A stretch of 64,000 nt of DNA from Octopus vulgaris (taxonomy: Eukaryota): assembly GCA_951406725.2 (NCBI GenBank), contig OX597817.1, positions 4,588,001-4,652,000 of the forward strand, given 5' to 3'. Position numbers and translations under genes: made by a program. Positions 28,707 through 41,499 of the stretch are shown in pieces (position 1 is the stretch's first letter; each line of letters begins with the position of its first letter). The notes below the pieces were generated by a model. It was not told the DNA's origin. It was given only the letters and a program-made list of their open reading frames with translations, and did no database searches.

Positions 28707-28969
28707 GTGTGTTACCTATCAAATAAGTTTACTCTTGTTACCGCCGATAATTTGATTATTTGATTATAATCCTTGTATGCATATTACATATCCTGACAAT
28801 GCCCATGGAGGAAAAAGTTTATTAATGTTATTGTATTATTGTTGCTATTCATTTTTCATTTGGAAGAGATTGTATTAAATAATTAGTTTAATGAATACCC
28901 TAGTGATTAATTAAAAAGACATAGTTTCGAAACGAATAGCATACCTGAGAAGCATCCAAAGAAAATAAT

Positions 28970-29019
<50 letters not shown>

Positions 29020-29197
29020 TGCCATAACAGAGACTTGTTCAGCTAGCTCCCCTCCACCTCTTTCTTCTTTTCTTCCTCTTCTTTTCCTTCGTCTCTCTCT
29101 CTTCCTCTCTTCTCTCCCCCTCTTCGCTTTCTCTTGTTCCCTTGTTTCTCTTTCGTCATATTGTTTCTCTCTATGATCATTCTACTTTCATTGTGTA

Positions 29198-29229
<32 letters not shown>

Positions 29230-29348
29230 TACGAAGCATTATTGTAGTGAATACCTGCTATCAAGATTAATATATTCACTTATCCCATAATAGTTATGCT
29301 AAATCTCTTGTTTATTCTCTTCCTCCTATCGCCAAACGATGTAAAGTA

Positions 29349-29398
<50 letters not shown>

Positions 29399-29476
29399 TA
29401 TAAATATATATGTATACATATGTATGTATATATATATGTATGTATATATATGTGTATATATGTATATATATACATG

Positions 29477-29569
<93 letters not shown>

Positions 29570-29575
<6 letters not shown>

Positions 29576-30129
29576 AATCACTTTGCCGCATACTGAACTC
29601 ATTAGAAATAGCAGCTAAAAAACTTTTTTAAAGCTATTTCTAATACTTAAAGAAAATCTCTCTCATATATAGTGTTTGCTTAATTCAACTCACAAAAGTT
29701 TGGGGGTAAGGACATCAAAAAATCGAATGCTAAGGTTATTTGAGAACGTACGTTTCAAGATTAGTCAAAACAACACTTCCATCATCAGATCAGAAACTCC
29801 TTGGTTTGGATTTGGAAACACTGAAAGTAAGAACATACCCTTTCGAAGATCCGCTCGTAACTAACCTTTTGATGTCCTTACCCCCAAACTTTTGTGAGTT
29901 GAATTAAGCAAACACTATATATGAGAGAGATTTTCTTTAAGTATTAGAAATAGCTTTAAAAAGTTTTTAGCTGCTATTTCTAATGAGTTCAGTATGCGGC
30001 AAGTGATTTATTTTACTGGGCCCTTTTATATAATGTAATAATTTGAATTCGCCTTAAATGGTCCCTTTGCATACTGAACACTTGGTGAAATTGATTAATA
30101 ATTAATTAATTTTACCCTCGGTTGTTGAA

Positions 30130-30130
<1 letters not shown>
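29570..30130. repeat. Fold-back element in (TA)n: about 150-bp inverted arms, 146-bp spacer, one-sided extension
   Basis: 29570-29720 is the reverse complement of 29867-30015, differing mainly in homopolymer lengths. Confidence 0.93.
29741..29792 (-). ncRNA. Degenerate type I hammerhead ribozyme
   Basis: TGAT-CTGATGA-tgga...tctt-GAAA-CGTACG-TT-CTCA: intact core and palindromic stem III; the core-proximal pairs of stems I and II are mismatched. Confidence 0.6.
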
Positions 30131-30168
<38 letters not shown>

Positions 30169-30417
30169 CATATGTATGTGTGTGAGTATCTATACTTATA
30201 CATAAAGATAAGTGGCGGTTATGATAAACGGTTATTCCACGGTTTACAATTGTTTCAACAACTTGTAGTGACTAATAACACATCATGTGTATATTAATGT
30301 CACTTAACAGTATGAGCAAAATAATATTTACTATTCCTAGTTGCCATAAATTCAGCAATATCCATAATAATCTCAATACACCGTAAGACAAAATAATTCG
30401 AAATCATACTAATGCAA

Positions 30418-30572
30418 ATAAAGTCCTCCACCTCACTGCTCGTCTAAGATATGATTTTAGGAGCATATGACATAAAGCTTTCCACCTCACTGCTCAATTG
30501 AAACATGGTTTTTAGAGCCAATGGCATAAAGCCGTCCACCTCGCTGCGCAACTAAGATATGATCTTTAGTGA
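30418..30572. repeat. 54-bp minisatellite, about 3 diverged copies
   Basis: ataaag...tccacctc.ctgc starts at 30418, 30472 and 30526. Confidence 0.85.
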
Positions 30573-30575
30573 CAA

Positions 30576-30967
30576 CTAGCAGTATCGCCCGGCGTTGCTC
30601 GGGTTTGTAAGGGAAATAACTATAAAGCATTTTTAGAGAGTTATAGCCAAAAAATAGCAAAAAATGCATTAAAAATGGAAAGAATATGATGGTAATTTTT
30701 TTTAAAGCGTTGACTCATCGTAGACATTTTTAGAGAGTTACTTCCCTTATATTTACAAAAATATGCATTAAAATGGAAAGAAATGATGGCAAATTATTTT
30801 AAAAATCGTAGACTCATCGTAGACGCGCGCTAATACCTAGAATGGCTCGATATGAATCACGACTATAAGATACCCGGTTTTGGTTAAACAGCACCGCAAA
30901 ATGTGGGAGTAGTTAGGAATCTAAATCGGAGTAGACAGACACACAACCTTACTTTTATATATAAAGA
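30576..30967 (-). mobile_element. Non-autonomous Helitron
   Basis: Minus strand begins TC(tttatatataaaag) and ends with hairpin cccg-agcaacgc-cggg then CTAG. Inserted between A and T with no TSD. Confidence 0.85.
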
Positions 30968-31752
30968 TGTCATTCTAATATTGATCATGGAAAGATTGCG
31001 GATACGTTTTCTCTGAGGAGCTCTCAACAAGACATGAAACAGTCCGTCTGGAGATTCATTCTATCTTTGTTTCCTGTACATCTGTTGCATAAATCTTATT
31101 TACATTCTCATGTATGCTTTAACAATATTGACAACGGTTTTCTTTAACAAGTAGAATGGTGTTTTGTTTCTAGAATCACTCAGCGCTGGAATTAATCACG
31201 GCTGTTATTTTCCTGCAATAATATTTATTTCAAAACTGCTAGATCATCTATCAAAGTGGTTGACTAGAATCCATCAATTGATCCCTCCGTTATGCCTTCT
31301 CTTTGGTGCCGTCAGGACTTCAACATCGTCTGATAATTCTGGTCCATATTCTTTTCTGTATTTCGCACAGGTGTGTCTAAGCGTAATATTCCCGTAGGTG
31401 AGATACTTCCTTGCTTCCATCACCAACCAGCGTGGAGGAGTTTCCAATATAAATGTAATGAAATTGTGTCCAGGATCAAAACAATGATCTCTTAGCAGAG
31501 TTCAACAATCCAGTCATGATTGGTTGCTCATCACATGTATATTTCTCACTTCTTCTTTGTACTTGTGTGTTTGTGAAATCAAAAAGAATCTCACACACAA
31601 AAGCACAAACAACACATTCACCCCACCACTACACACACACATATATATATACACACACACACACAAGATTAAAATATGACTGGAGATTTGGTTGTAACAT
31701 TTATTTTTTCTTTTTACATCATAAAATCCATAATCCTCAGATAGATAGATAA

Positions 31753-31839
<87 letters not shown>

Positions 31840-33015
31840 CAAAATATCCTAACGGAAGCTCAGATGCGATCAATGTGGACTGACTAGCCAAACCACAATA
31901 CAAATGGAGCAAAAATATATAACACTAATTTAAAATATTTTAAGCACATATAACCGAGAAAGATACATTTCTATTGATCTTTACTTTCGACAAATGAAAA
32001 ATCGCTTGAACTGATTTTTTTCTCTTCAGTCGAATATAACGAATTCTTTCACTATAAGTACTTGACGGATCACAATTTGACAGATATCAGAGGTTAGCTT
32101 ATGAAACAACGCATTTATTACTGTTGAATCTTGTAATGTAACCAATAATATTCTTCGTACAAATATAAGTGGGTGTGAAAGAATGTATATGTGTTGTGGC
32201 ACAGTGTGTGACTTGTGCGTATGCGTGCATGTATGTGTGTGTATGTGTGTATATATGTGTGTATTTGTGTATCTGTGTATGTGTATCTGTGTATGTGCGT
32301 GCATGTGTGAGTGTGAGTGTGCTTGATCTTCGACCTGTTTGCACTTGTGGCAAACATATTCACTGCTCATTTGCTTTCTCAGAAAAATGGTCTCATTCTT
32401 GTTGGTGAGTAGGCATAATTGTTGCGTAATGATATTATATTTTCTGCATTGCTTTACATACACTTCCCAGAACCAAAGATATAGTTTGATGTCACTGTCT
32501 ATTATTGTTCCCCTTATATTAATGCTTATAGTTTCCCCTTTAAATTTGCAATTATGTTACAGCAAAGACGTTGAATTCCGTTTATACCTTTTGAAGAAAT
32601 GCATACTCTTCGTATACGTATCATTTCATGTTTCGTCTGCTGCCCCATTATATTTGAATCGGTTTTTCGCTTTTGCAGCGTGAATTGTTTCCCATTTCTA
32701 GCAGTTAACACTTGACTTTATCTATTGCAATAACACCTGCTTTTGGATACTGGCCATCTGATTATTCATAGTCTTGATAGCAGGTTTTAGTTCAATGTTA
32801 AGATGTAGCTAACTGTTGTATGACTTCTCTGCGCATTATATTAGGGAAGATTTGCCTCCGCTTCAAATTCAATTGTATCACGAATTGAGAAAAACATTAC
32901 ATGTGTGTGTAATACGTGTGTGTCTGAATGGGTGTATATAAACATATAATCAGATGATAATCTTGCTAGGTTACGTGATTGTGTTCGTGGATTAAGAATT
33001 TGTGCATGTATATAT

Positions 33016-33083
<68 letters not shown>

Positions 33084-33606
33084 ATGTGAGTGCGTATAAA
33101 GCACGAGGCTAATTTTCTGGTTAAAGCAATCAATAAATTATAATATATGCCTGTATTTAACAGGATAAACAGAATTAGTATATCTTAGAAATCCGTAACT
33201 TGTTAATATTCAAATAACCTAAGAAAGGTTTCACCATTAACGAAGATAAAGGCGGTATTTAAGATATTACTATGGGGCATTAAACTGTACTTGCTTGCCT
33301 TCATAGATACGTTTGTTCGTCAAATTGATTATCAAGTTATGGGTATATATACGTAAGTACATAAGCGCACAAACACACAGATACACACACAAACATGCGC
33401 ACACTCACACGTATGCACACAAATGTATACATATACGCACCGCAATTCAATATTCATGCATATCTAAACGTAATACAAATTATTAATGCACATCTAATGC
33501 CACAAATGCAAGATAAAAACATCAAATATGTTTCTGTGTGAATATATATATTCATATATATATATAACTATATATATACGCAGACCCATACACACATACG
33601 TACAGA

Positions 33607-33645
<39 letters not shown>

Positions 33646-34460
33646 GCACACACATACATAAAAGCGAGAGTATATAAGTATGTGTACCTGTGTGTGTACA
33701 TATATATATAGAACTCTGTAGAAGGAAGTGTATATACGTTTGGTATTCAGTGATGTAAATATGCATCTGATAAAGCCAAATATATACATATGTGTGTGTG
33801 TGAGAGAGAGAGAGGATATCTGTGTGTGTGTGTGTCTCTGTGTGTATGCATCTATATGTGATGCTGTGATGTAAATGACTGTTAGAATTTGATGGATACT
33901 GATCTATGCATTTATAGAGAATAGACTTTGCTATTTAAGATGATGTATGGATTTTTGACATTAGATCATTAGTGCAATTTTCGATTTTGCGTTTGTTATA
34001 ACATGGAAGCAATATAGAACCTTGACTATTATTTAATTTCAGTTGGGTATAAGAGGATAAAAGAAACTGGAATTTTACACACATTCTGCCGATATCTGTA
34101 CAAAATGTCAAAGAGGCCACCGATCCTATTAGATAGTACTCAAAGTTTTCCTTAGAGCTTAAAAATGTCTTCTTGGAGGTGCACAAGGCAGGTTAGAGTA
34201 CCCGAATTCTTTCTTTCTTCCTCACTATTTCCATTAAATTCTCCAGAAGCATATACAAGCATGCATTCATGCATACACGCGAGCAACCCCATGTATATAC
34301 ATATACACGCAGGCACACAGACACACAGACACAAAAACACAGACACACAAACACACGCACACACGCACACATATATGTTTATATAAATATGGATCTGATC
34401 GATATTTATTTATCGATCTTATCAGGTGGCCAGCATGGGAATAAAAAACCTTAAAAGGTA

Positions 34461-34666
34461 ATAATTATTATTAAAATTATAATTTAGCGTTTCTAAGAGA
34501 TACCACCACGCTGGAAATAGCAGTCAAAACTTCACTCTAAAACCACATAAAATATTCATACAGCTGTATGAACATTTAATGTGGTTTTAGAGTCAAGTTT
34601 TGAATGCTATTTCCAGCGTGGTGGTAACTCTTAGATACCCTAAATTATAATTTTAATAATAATTAT
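34461..34666. repeat. Spacer-less imperfect palindrome with 103-bp arms
   Basis: Centred on cag|ctg at 34563/34564; abuts (TA)n. Confidence 0.93.
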
Positions 34667-34695
34667 ATATATATACATGCATATATATATATACA

Positions 34696-34750
<55 letters not shown>

Positions 34751-34760
34751 ATATAAATAT

Positions 34761-34838
<78 letters not shown>

Positions 34839-34981
34839 CATAACTGAGGGCAAACGAAAAAATTTTCTAATGCCAAATATGCCGAAAAATTGGACATATT
34901 GTCCATTAACCATATAATTTTTTCAAAATACGCACGCTACTCGAAAAGAGGTCGACAGAAATTTCTTAAAAATTCCATTAT

Positions 34982-35039
34982 TTCTATATCGGACCGATTT
35001 CAGGGTTAGCTACTAAGAGCCCTCTCTTCGTCAGTGATA
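34982..35039 (-). ncRNA. Type I hammerhead, copy 1 (core intact, stems I and II weakened)
   Basis: TATCA-CTGACGA-AGAG...CCCT-GAAA-TCGG t CCGA-TA-TAGAA. Confidence 0.7.
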
Positions 35040-35485
35040 CATGTAGCAAAAGAAATAAATGAGATACTTACTCATACCCATGGAAGAAGCAAATACTAAG
35101 TCATGGGCACAACTAAGTACCCCAAATACATCCAAATTAGAAATACTCCAGCCTATTCGAGGCACGTGCGATTTGAACTGAGGCTCTCACAGAGTGAGTT
35201 AGTTAGTCCGGAAGTGAACGCTAAAATTTATATAAAATGTGAGGATGAAATTCTTTTCCAAAATAAATATTTTCTCGAAAAAATTTTTATCAATGGCCAG
35301 CATATTAAAAAATACCTTTAGCGGTTAAATTTATAAACAGTTCATAAATGAGGGCAAAGGAAAAAAATTTCTAATGCCGAATATGCCGAAAAATTGGACA
35401 TATTGTCCATTAACCATATAATTTTTTCACCATACGCACGCTACTCGAAAAGAGGTCGACAGAAATTTCTAAAAAATTCCATTAT

Positions 35486-35543
35486 TACCATATCTGACAG
35501 ATTTCAGAGTTAGCTACTAAGAGTCCTCTCTTCGTCTGTGATA
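35486..35543 (-). ncRNA. Type I hammerhead, copy 2 (U4 to A core mutation)
   Basis: TATCA-CAGACGA-AGAG...CTCT-GAAA-TCTG t CAGA-TA-TGGTA. Confidence 0.7.
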
Positions 35544-35565
35544 CATTTATTTCTTTTGCCACATG

Positions 35566-35623
35566 TATCACTGACGAAGAGAGGACTCTTAGTAGCTAAC
35601 TCTGAAATCTGTCAGATATGGTA
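35566..35623 (+). ncRNA. Type I hammerhead, copy 3, intact, predicted cleavage after 35618
   Basis: TATCA-CTGACGA-AGAG(aggactcttagtagctaa)CTCT-GAAA-TCTG t CAGA-TA-TGGTA. Confidence 0.87.
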
Positions 35624-35872
35624 ATAATGGAATTTTTAGAAATTTCTGTCGACCTCTTTTCGAGTAGCGTGCGTATGGTGAAAAAATTATATGGTTAATG
35701 GACAATATGTCCAATTTTTCGGCATATTTGGCATTAGAAAATTTTTTCGTTTGCCCTCATTTATGAATTGTTTATAAATTTAACCGTTAAAGGTATTTTT
35801 TAATATGCTGGCCATTGATAAAATATTTTTCGAGAAAATATTTATTTTGGAAAAAAATTTTATCCTCACATT

Positions 35873-35939
<67 letters not shown>

Positions 35940-36056
35940 AATGTCTCTGTGTGTGTGTGTGTAATGTAGAAGTTTGAAAAGGAACACACGAGTTGATATA
36001 TATATATGGAAAAAATCAAGGTTGAAAAAGCTAGGATAATTTTGTGAAATACATTT

Positions 36057-36092
36057 CAGTACCGGTTTCAGTCATTGAGACTTTTTCAACTG
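36057..36092 (-). ncRNA. Minimal type I hammerhead with compensatory U3:A8 core
   Basis: CAG-TTGAAAA-AGTC tcaat GACT-GAAA-CCGG-TA-CTG. Confidence 0.7.
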
Positions 36093-36453
36093 TAAGTATA
36101 AAAAATAATTAAATTTTGGAAAAATTAACTGAAAAGATTTTAAAAGAATATTTGCATAGTATTCAAATACGAGAGGCATTTTTCTTGTTTGTCCCTGTCT
36201 CTGCCTCCCTTGTTTACACTTGCGGGTTCGAGGTCGTTGTGAATTTTGAGAGAAGAAGACGTAGAAGAAGAAGAAGAAGAAGAAGAAGAAGAAGAAGAAG
36301 AAGAAGAATGTGGAAGTGCCATGATAGTAGTAGGATGTTAAATGGTCAAGTGCGCGGAAAGTGACTTGTTGTAGGTGGTAGTAGCTAATGACTTTTTGAG
36401 ATATCTCTTTTGAATGTATTGCTTATAATATTTGGGTAGGTGTTATTATAAAC

Positions 36454-36520
<67 letters not shown>

Positions 36521-36920
36521 AATTAAGGAAGGAGGTGGCGGAGAGGAAGAAGAAGTCGAAGAAGGAGAAGAAGAAGAAAGAGGAGAGAATACGGGATGGT
36601 ATGATAGTAAGGTGTTAAATGGTCAATTGGCCTAAATGGGTTCGTTGTGGATCATAGCAGTGATTGGGACTGTTTTTAATGAATTCTTGGGTATCTCTTT
36701 TCAACGAATCATTTTTAATATTAACACTTACGCAAATATTTAAATTGCTAGCTGTCTATGCAAGAGAAACGTACGTTGGATAAACATTACTCAAATATGC
36801 TGTATAATTGACCGTCGAAATAAAATGTTACTATACTTTGCGTTTCATCCTTTCAAGACTGATAAATTATGTACCAGTTGCGTACTGGTTCGATCTAATC
36901 GACTGGCCTCCTCCAAAATT

Positions 36921-36968
<48 letters not shown>

Positions 36969-36972
<4 letters not shown>

Positions 36973-37452
36973 GATATAGTGTATATTTAAACACAAAAGG
37001 AATCCACTTACAGGGATTCTACACGCTAGAAACAACAGCTAGCTAACAATTTTGAAAATCTTAGGACGTATAAACACGAGACAAGTAGTTTTGATTGTCC
37101 CGTATGTATACGTTTAACCCTAGGTTGGAACTGATGAAGAAGATCAAACCTATTGAGTTCTCCTTTGACTCGCTAAGATAAGATCAGAAACCAATTGGCC
37201 CAGGAAACTAGATGGCAAATGTTTTTCATTTCTAAATTTATTCCTATCGAATTTTATCCCTAACTTTTGTGGTTATAGAACCTAGCTGTTGTTTCTAGAG
37301 TGTAGAATATCTAGAAGTGGATTCCCTTTGTGTTTAAATATACACTATATCGTATGACTAATATATAGTTTTTTTAACTAATTTTTTTTACACGTTAGAC
37401 CACTGGAAATGTAAATTTTTATTAATTTCCATTTCCCTTTGATATGATTAAA

Positions 37453-37455
<3 letters not shown>
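36969..37455. repeat. Fold-back element in (TA)n: 74-bp inverted arms, degenerate HHR-like motif in the spacer, one-sided extension
   Basis: 36969-37042 versus 37282-37355; CTGATGA at 37131 and GAAA-CCAATTGG at 37187-37198. Confidence 0.85.
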
Positions 37456-37518
<63 letters not shown>

Positions 37519-38409
37519 ATATATTGTAGAAATGATTCATGATACTCTACCACGTATCGGTATGTGCACGGTTGTGCCTGTGTTGAGTGTAGAAGGGAGT
37601 TTAATAATGATAGCTTTAAAAAGGCCACCAGATTTGTAGAAAGGAGGATACCGATTGCACCGAACATTGACCTAATATTTGACTGGTCCTCTTTTTTATC
37701 GACTCCAAAAGGATGAAATACAAAGTGGACATCAGAAGAATTTGGACTCTGAAAATAACGATGGATAAAATGTCGCTAATCATTTTGTTCGGCGTGCTTA
37801 CCGGTTCTAACAGCTCGCCTTCTTAGCGAGTTTGATAATAGAGATAATTATTTTCTTTACATCAGTATAATGGCAGAGAGTTGAAAAGGAATTTAGTCAA
37901 ACACCACTATTTGGTTGGCATTTGTTTGAAGTGAACCTCGCAATCAAAAGAAGCAACTTTAAACTTGGGCGTGATTTAAACTCAGATCATTAAGTGCAGG
38001 AACATATTATGCAATGTGTGTTGTTCGAATCTCTCAAAATTCTGTTGAATGAATACGTTTCTATTACTACTACTACAACTACTACTACTACTACTGCTGC
38101 TACTGCTGCTGCTGCTGATGATGATGATGCTACTACAACGTATTTGTGCAGGGAGCGGGAAATGCTGAAATGATGAAAAGAGTGAGTTTGACTAATCACA
38201 TTTTAATTTTTGCCCGAAGTAAACCAGAAAAATATTCAAGTTAATAATATTTTAAGACCTGGAAACTTTCAATTTCTACAAAGAGTTATAGTAAAATACT
38301 TCTGTACAGGGATGAAACTGGGTGTGTACGTTTACATCTTCGTGTATGTGCGTATAGAAACACGCGCGCACACACACGCACAAATACGTAGACGTGCATC
38401 TATCTATCA

Positions 38410-38441
<32 letters not shown>

Positions 38442-38445
38442 CTCC

Positions 38446-38502
<57 letters not shown>

Positions 38503-40049
38503 ACTATCTATCTATCTATCTATGTATCAATACTTCGATACTTATGCTTATTCATGCAATCTGGTTCTTATGTATAATAGTATGCACGTGGAAATACGGT
38601 ATGTGGATTTTAAGAATAATTTATAAATCATTCATCGGTCGATTTCAAGTCGTATTTCGCTTCAGAGATGCTGCATCAAATTTATGCAGGATTTCTTTAG
38701 AGAAGCGGTTCAGAATTAGCATTTACATCATATGTCAATGGTTTTACACGTGGACAAATTTGAACAAGAGAATAGAATAGCTAAACTTTCATTTGTCATC
38801 ATCATTTGAGTCGTATAGTGAAACTCTCTGTTTCTAGATGGTGTATAGTTCCAGGCACCTTCGGATAAATGAAGTACTACAGAATTTGTTTTGATTAACT
38901 ACTAAAATTGTATTGTAACTGATCGGGTGATCTTATGCATTTGAACTCCAGTATACTCAATACTTTATATGAAGTGTGCTGAACCATAAACTTTGTTAGC
39001 AACACATGGAGCCACTATATCGAAACAAGGTGACGTTGAAGATGATAGAGCAAAATTTCCTAACATTTGAAAACCATCAAGAGACGACACCTGTAGCAGC
39101 AAAGATGCTAATAACAGAAGCAATAGTAATAAAAACGCTTTCATTGACACTACAATATGATTATTAAGTAAAACCGTAATCCTCCCAAGATGATCGTTCG
39201 CTCAAGTAAGAGATTTTTAGAAAGAACACCGTAGGTAATTGTAGGCCCAGCGCTGGAAAATATACAGTAGTAAATTACTGCTGTATATTTTCAAGTAATC
39301 CCTTAATATAGTGAGTCCATTTCTAATAACTCTTCTAGAGCATGAGAAATTGAAAGAGAAGAGAAGAACTACTCGGAAATGATCCGTATTACATAATGAT
39401 AAAGGCGAAAATATATACAATCTGCAAAGAATACCCTGTGGAGTATGAGAAGAAAAAAAACATCAGAAGCAAATAGCAGATAGAGAACAACCACAATAAC
39501 GATCTGAAAAGGAACAGCAAAAAGAACACTTAAAGACAAAACCACTGCCGAGAATCAAAAGCACAAAATCTACTTCTCCACTTCATTACCTTAAATAGAA
39601 ACAATAATGAGTTTCTTAAAAAAATACGACACAATGAATCCCGTGTAGAACACTATCCTAAAATGTCAATAAATGGATTTCTGCAGAAATTTTATTTCAA
39701 ACATTATGGCTTTTGGAATAAATTTTACAGGATAGGTAGTAAACTTCACCATACTTATCTCAGGTATATGCATGAAACCGAAATCCCCCCACATGCATTC
39801 ATTCAGTGTCCTGAATTTGCTGATGTGTGAAGTTATGTCGGATACCTGCTGGTGCGACCTGTACAGAGCCGAGATATCAATCGAAACTCTCATGAGTCTT
39901 CTTGTGAGGATGGTTTAGGACAGATAGATTTCATTCTAGTAAGTGAAGATTGAAATGACTGGTACGAGTAGGAAATTTCAAAATATTACATTTTAAAGTT
40001 TAAAATTGACAATGAAAAATTTCAAATATATTCTAACTTGAAGAATAAG

Positions 40050-40290
40050 AGCATCGGCTGCGGGGTCATTCCGAAAAGCTCCATCTGCGACGATTTCATC
40101 TCAATCGAAGGAGAGTTGCTTTCTCCGTCCGGGTTGCGGATCCGTGTAAGAAGATGCCAGACGAGATGGTGAAGATGCCGACGTCCGCTTTGTTCAAAGT
40201 CTCCCTTGACCTCAAGTGGCCTGAACTCTTTACATGAACACCACCCTGTACATAACTCCATGTCCCCCTACATGGCTTTGCTTTTTGCTT
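40050..40290 (+). mobile_element. CR1-type LINE 3' end
   Basis: RGHSEKLHLRRFHLNRRRVAFSVRVADPCKKMPDEMV...FKVSLD. Confidence 0.7.
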
Positions 40291-41207
40291 TTTGAGCCAA
40301 AATTAACTAACTAACTAAGTGTTTAAATTCAACAAGGATGATCTTGCTTAACAAAAATATTCAAGAGTAACAGAATATTCAATGGTAAACATGCACAAAA
40401 AATATTCAGTGCTGACAAAGATGTGCAAAGTTAAAAAAATTTTATGTGTGGACGTGATACCTATGTTTACTGATCCTAGTATTGCTATTTTCTAGACCAT
40501 ACCTCTGGTTACTATTAGCGGATGGGCAGAATCATTTGAGTGTAATACAAAATGCTTTACGTCATTTATCTGGCTCCATACATTCTAAGTTCAAATCATG
40601 TTAAGTGTCTTATTTCTCAGGAATTGATAAAATAAAGTACCCAGTGAAGAACTACGGTCGAAGCTATCTTCTAACACCGTCCTCAAAAAATTGCAAACAT
40701 TACGTCAGCACTCGAATCTCTCCACATGCAGGTTTGCCTTTCACATCTCTGGGGTAGATGAAACCAGTAACTGTTTCAAGTGAAGTCGATCACCTTTGAG
40801 CACATGTTTGTAAATATTAAAATATGCACATGTATGTAAAAACAGTTAGATATATACGCAAAAAATTAATTTACGTACTTAATCTATATTTAGTAATTTT
40901 TTTTTTTTTTTTTGTGTCGAGAGTTTCTCATGTTGGCTCGAATTTTTGCACAAGTCAAACTGAGTTATCGGGCGCAGCAGAAACTATACTTTAGATAACA
41001 ATACTCTCCTGGAATTTTTGAGTTGATGTGCATTAAAAGAAGTTTTCCTCCCAATTTTTGCAAAATTTTCTTTTCATTTCGCCCATGTAGTTGCATTAAA
41101 TAATTTTTGTAGTGATAACTTCTTCATGCAAGTCCCTGTAGTATTCTACCCCGGAGCTCTTCGTGTAATGTTGCCCAGAGCTCTTCCTGCACATCTCCGT
41201 TTTTCCG

Positions 41208-41440
41208 TCTTCTTCTTCTTCTTCTTCTTCTTCTTCTTCTTCTTCTTCTTCTTCTTCTTCTTCTTCTTCTTCTTCTTCTTCTTCTTCTTCTTCTTCTTCT
41301 TCTTCTTCTTCTTCTATTTCTGCTTCTTCTCCTTCTTCTTCTTCTTCTTTTTCTTCTTTATATTCTTCTTCTTCTTCTTCTTCTTCTTCTTCTTCTTCTT
41401 CTTCTTCTTCTTCTTCTTCTTCTTCTTCTTCTTCTTCTTC

Positions 41441-41482
<42 letters not shown>
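41208..41482. repeat. (TTC)n followed by (ATC)n
   Basis: Direct observation. Confidence 0.98.
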
Positions 41483-41483
<1 letters not shown>

Positions 41484-41499
41484 CAATTTTTGTTGGAAC

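Larger units (their letters stand above)
34837..35873. mobile_element. Retrozyme/PLE pseudo-LTR-like element: 504-bp-period tandem repeat plus a fold-back of about 312 bp, three HHR copies, inside (TA)n
   Basis: The unit starting at 34837 restarts at 35341; 35235-35546 is inverted at 35563-35873. Confidence 0.88.

Noticed and set aside
30240-30310. Minus-strand CTGTTAA, hairpin, GAAACAATTGTA
   Set aside because: Two core mismatches, stem II not adjacent to GAAA and no stem I.
30418-30572. Regularly spaced repeats resembling a CRISPR array
   Set aside because: Whole 54-bp units are similar with no unique spacers; eukaryotic context and no cas genes.
39256-39292. 37-bp hairpin gaaaatatacagtagtaa-a-ttactgctgtatattttc
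   Set aside because: Isolated; no ribozyme core, element ends or other context to interpret it.
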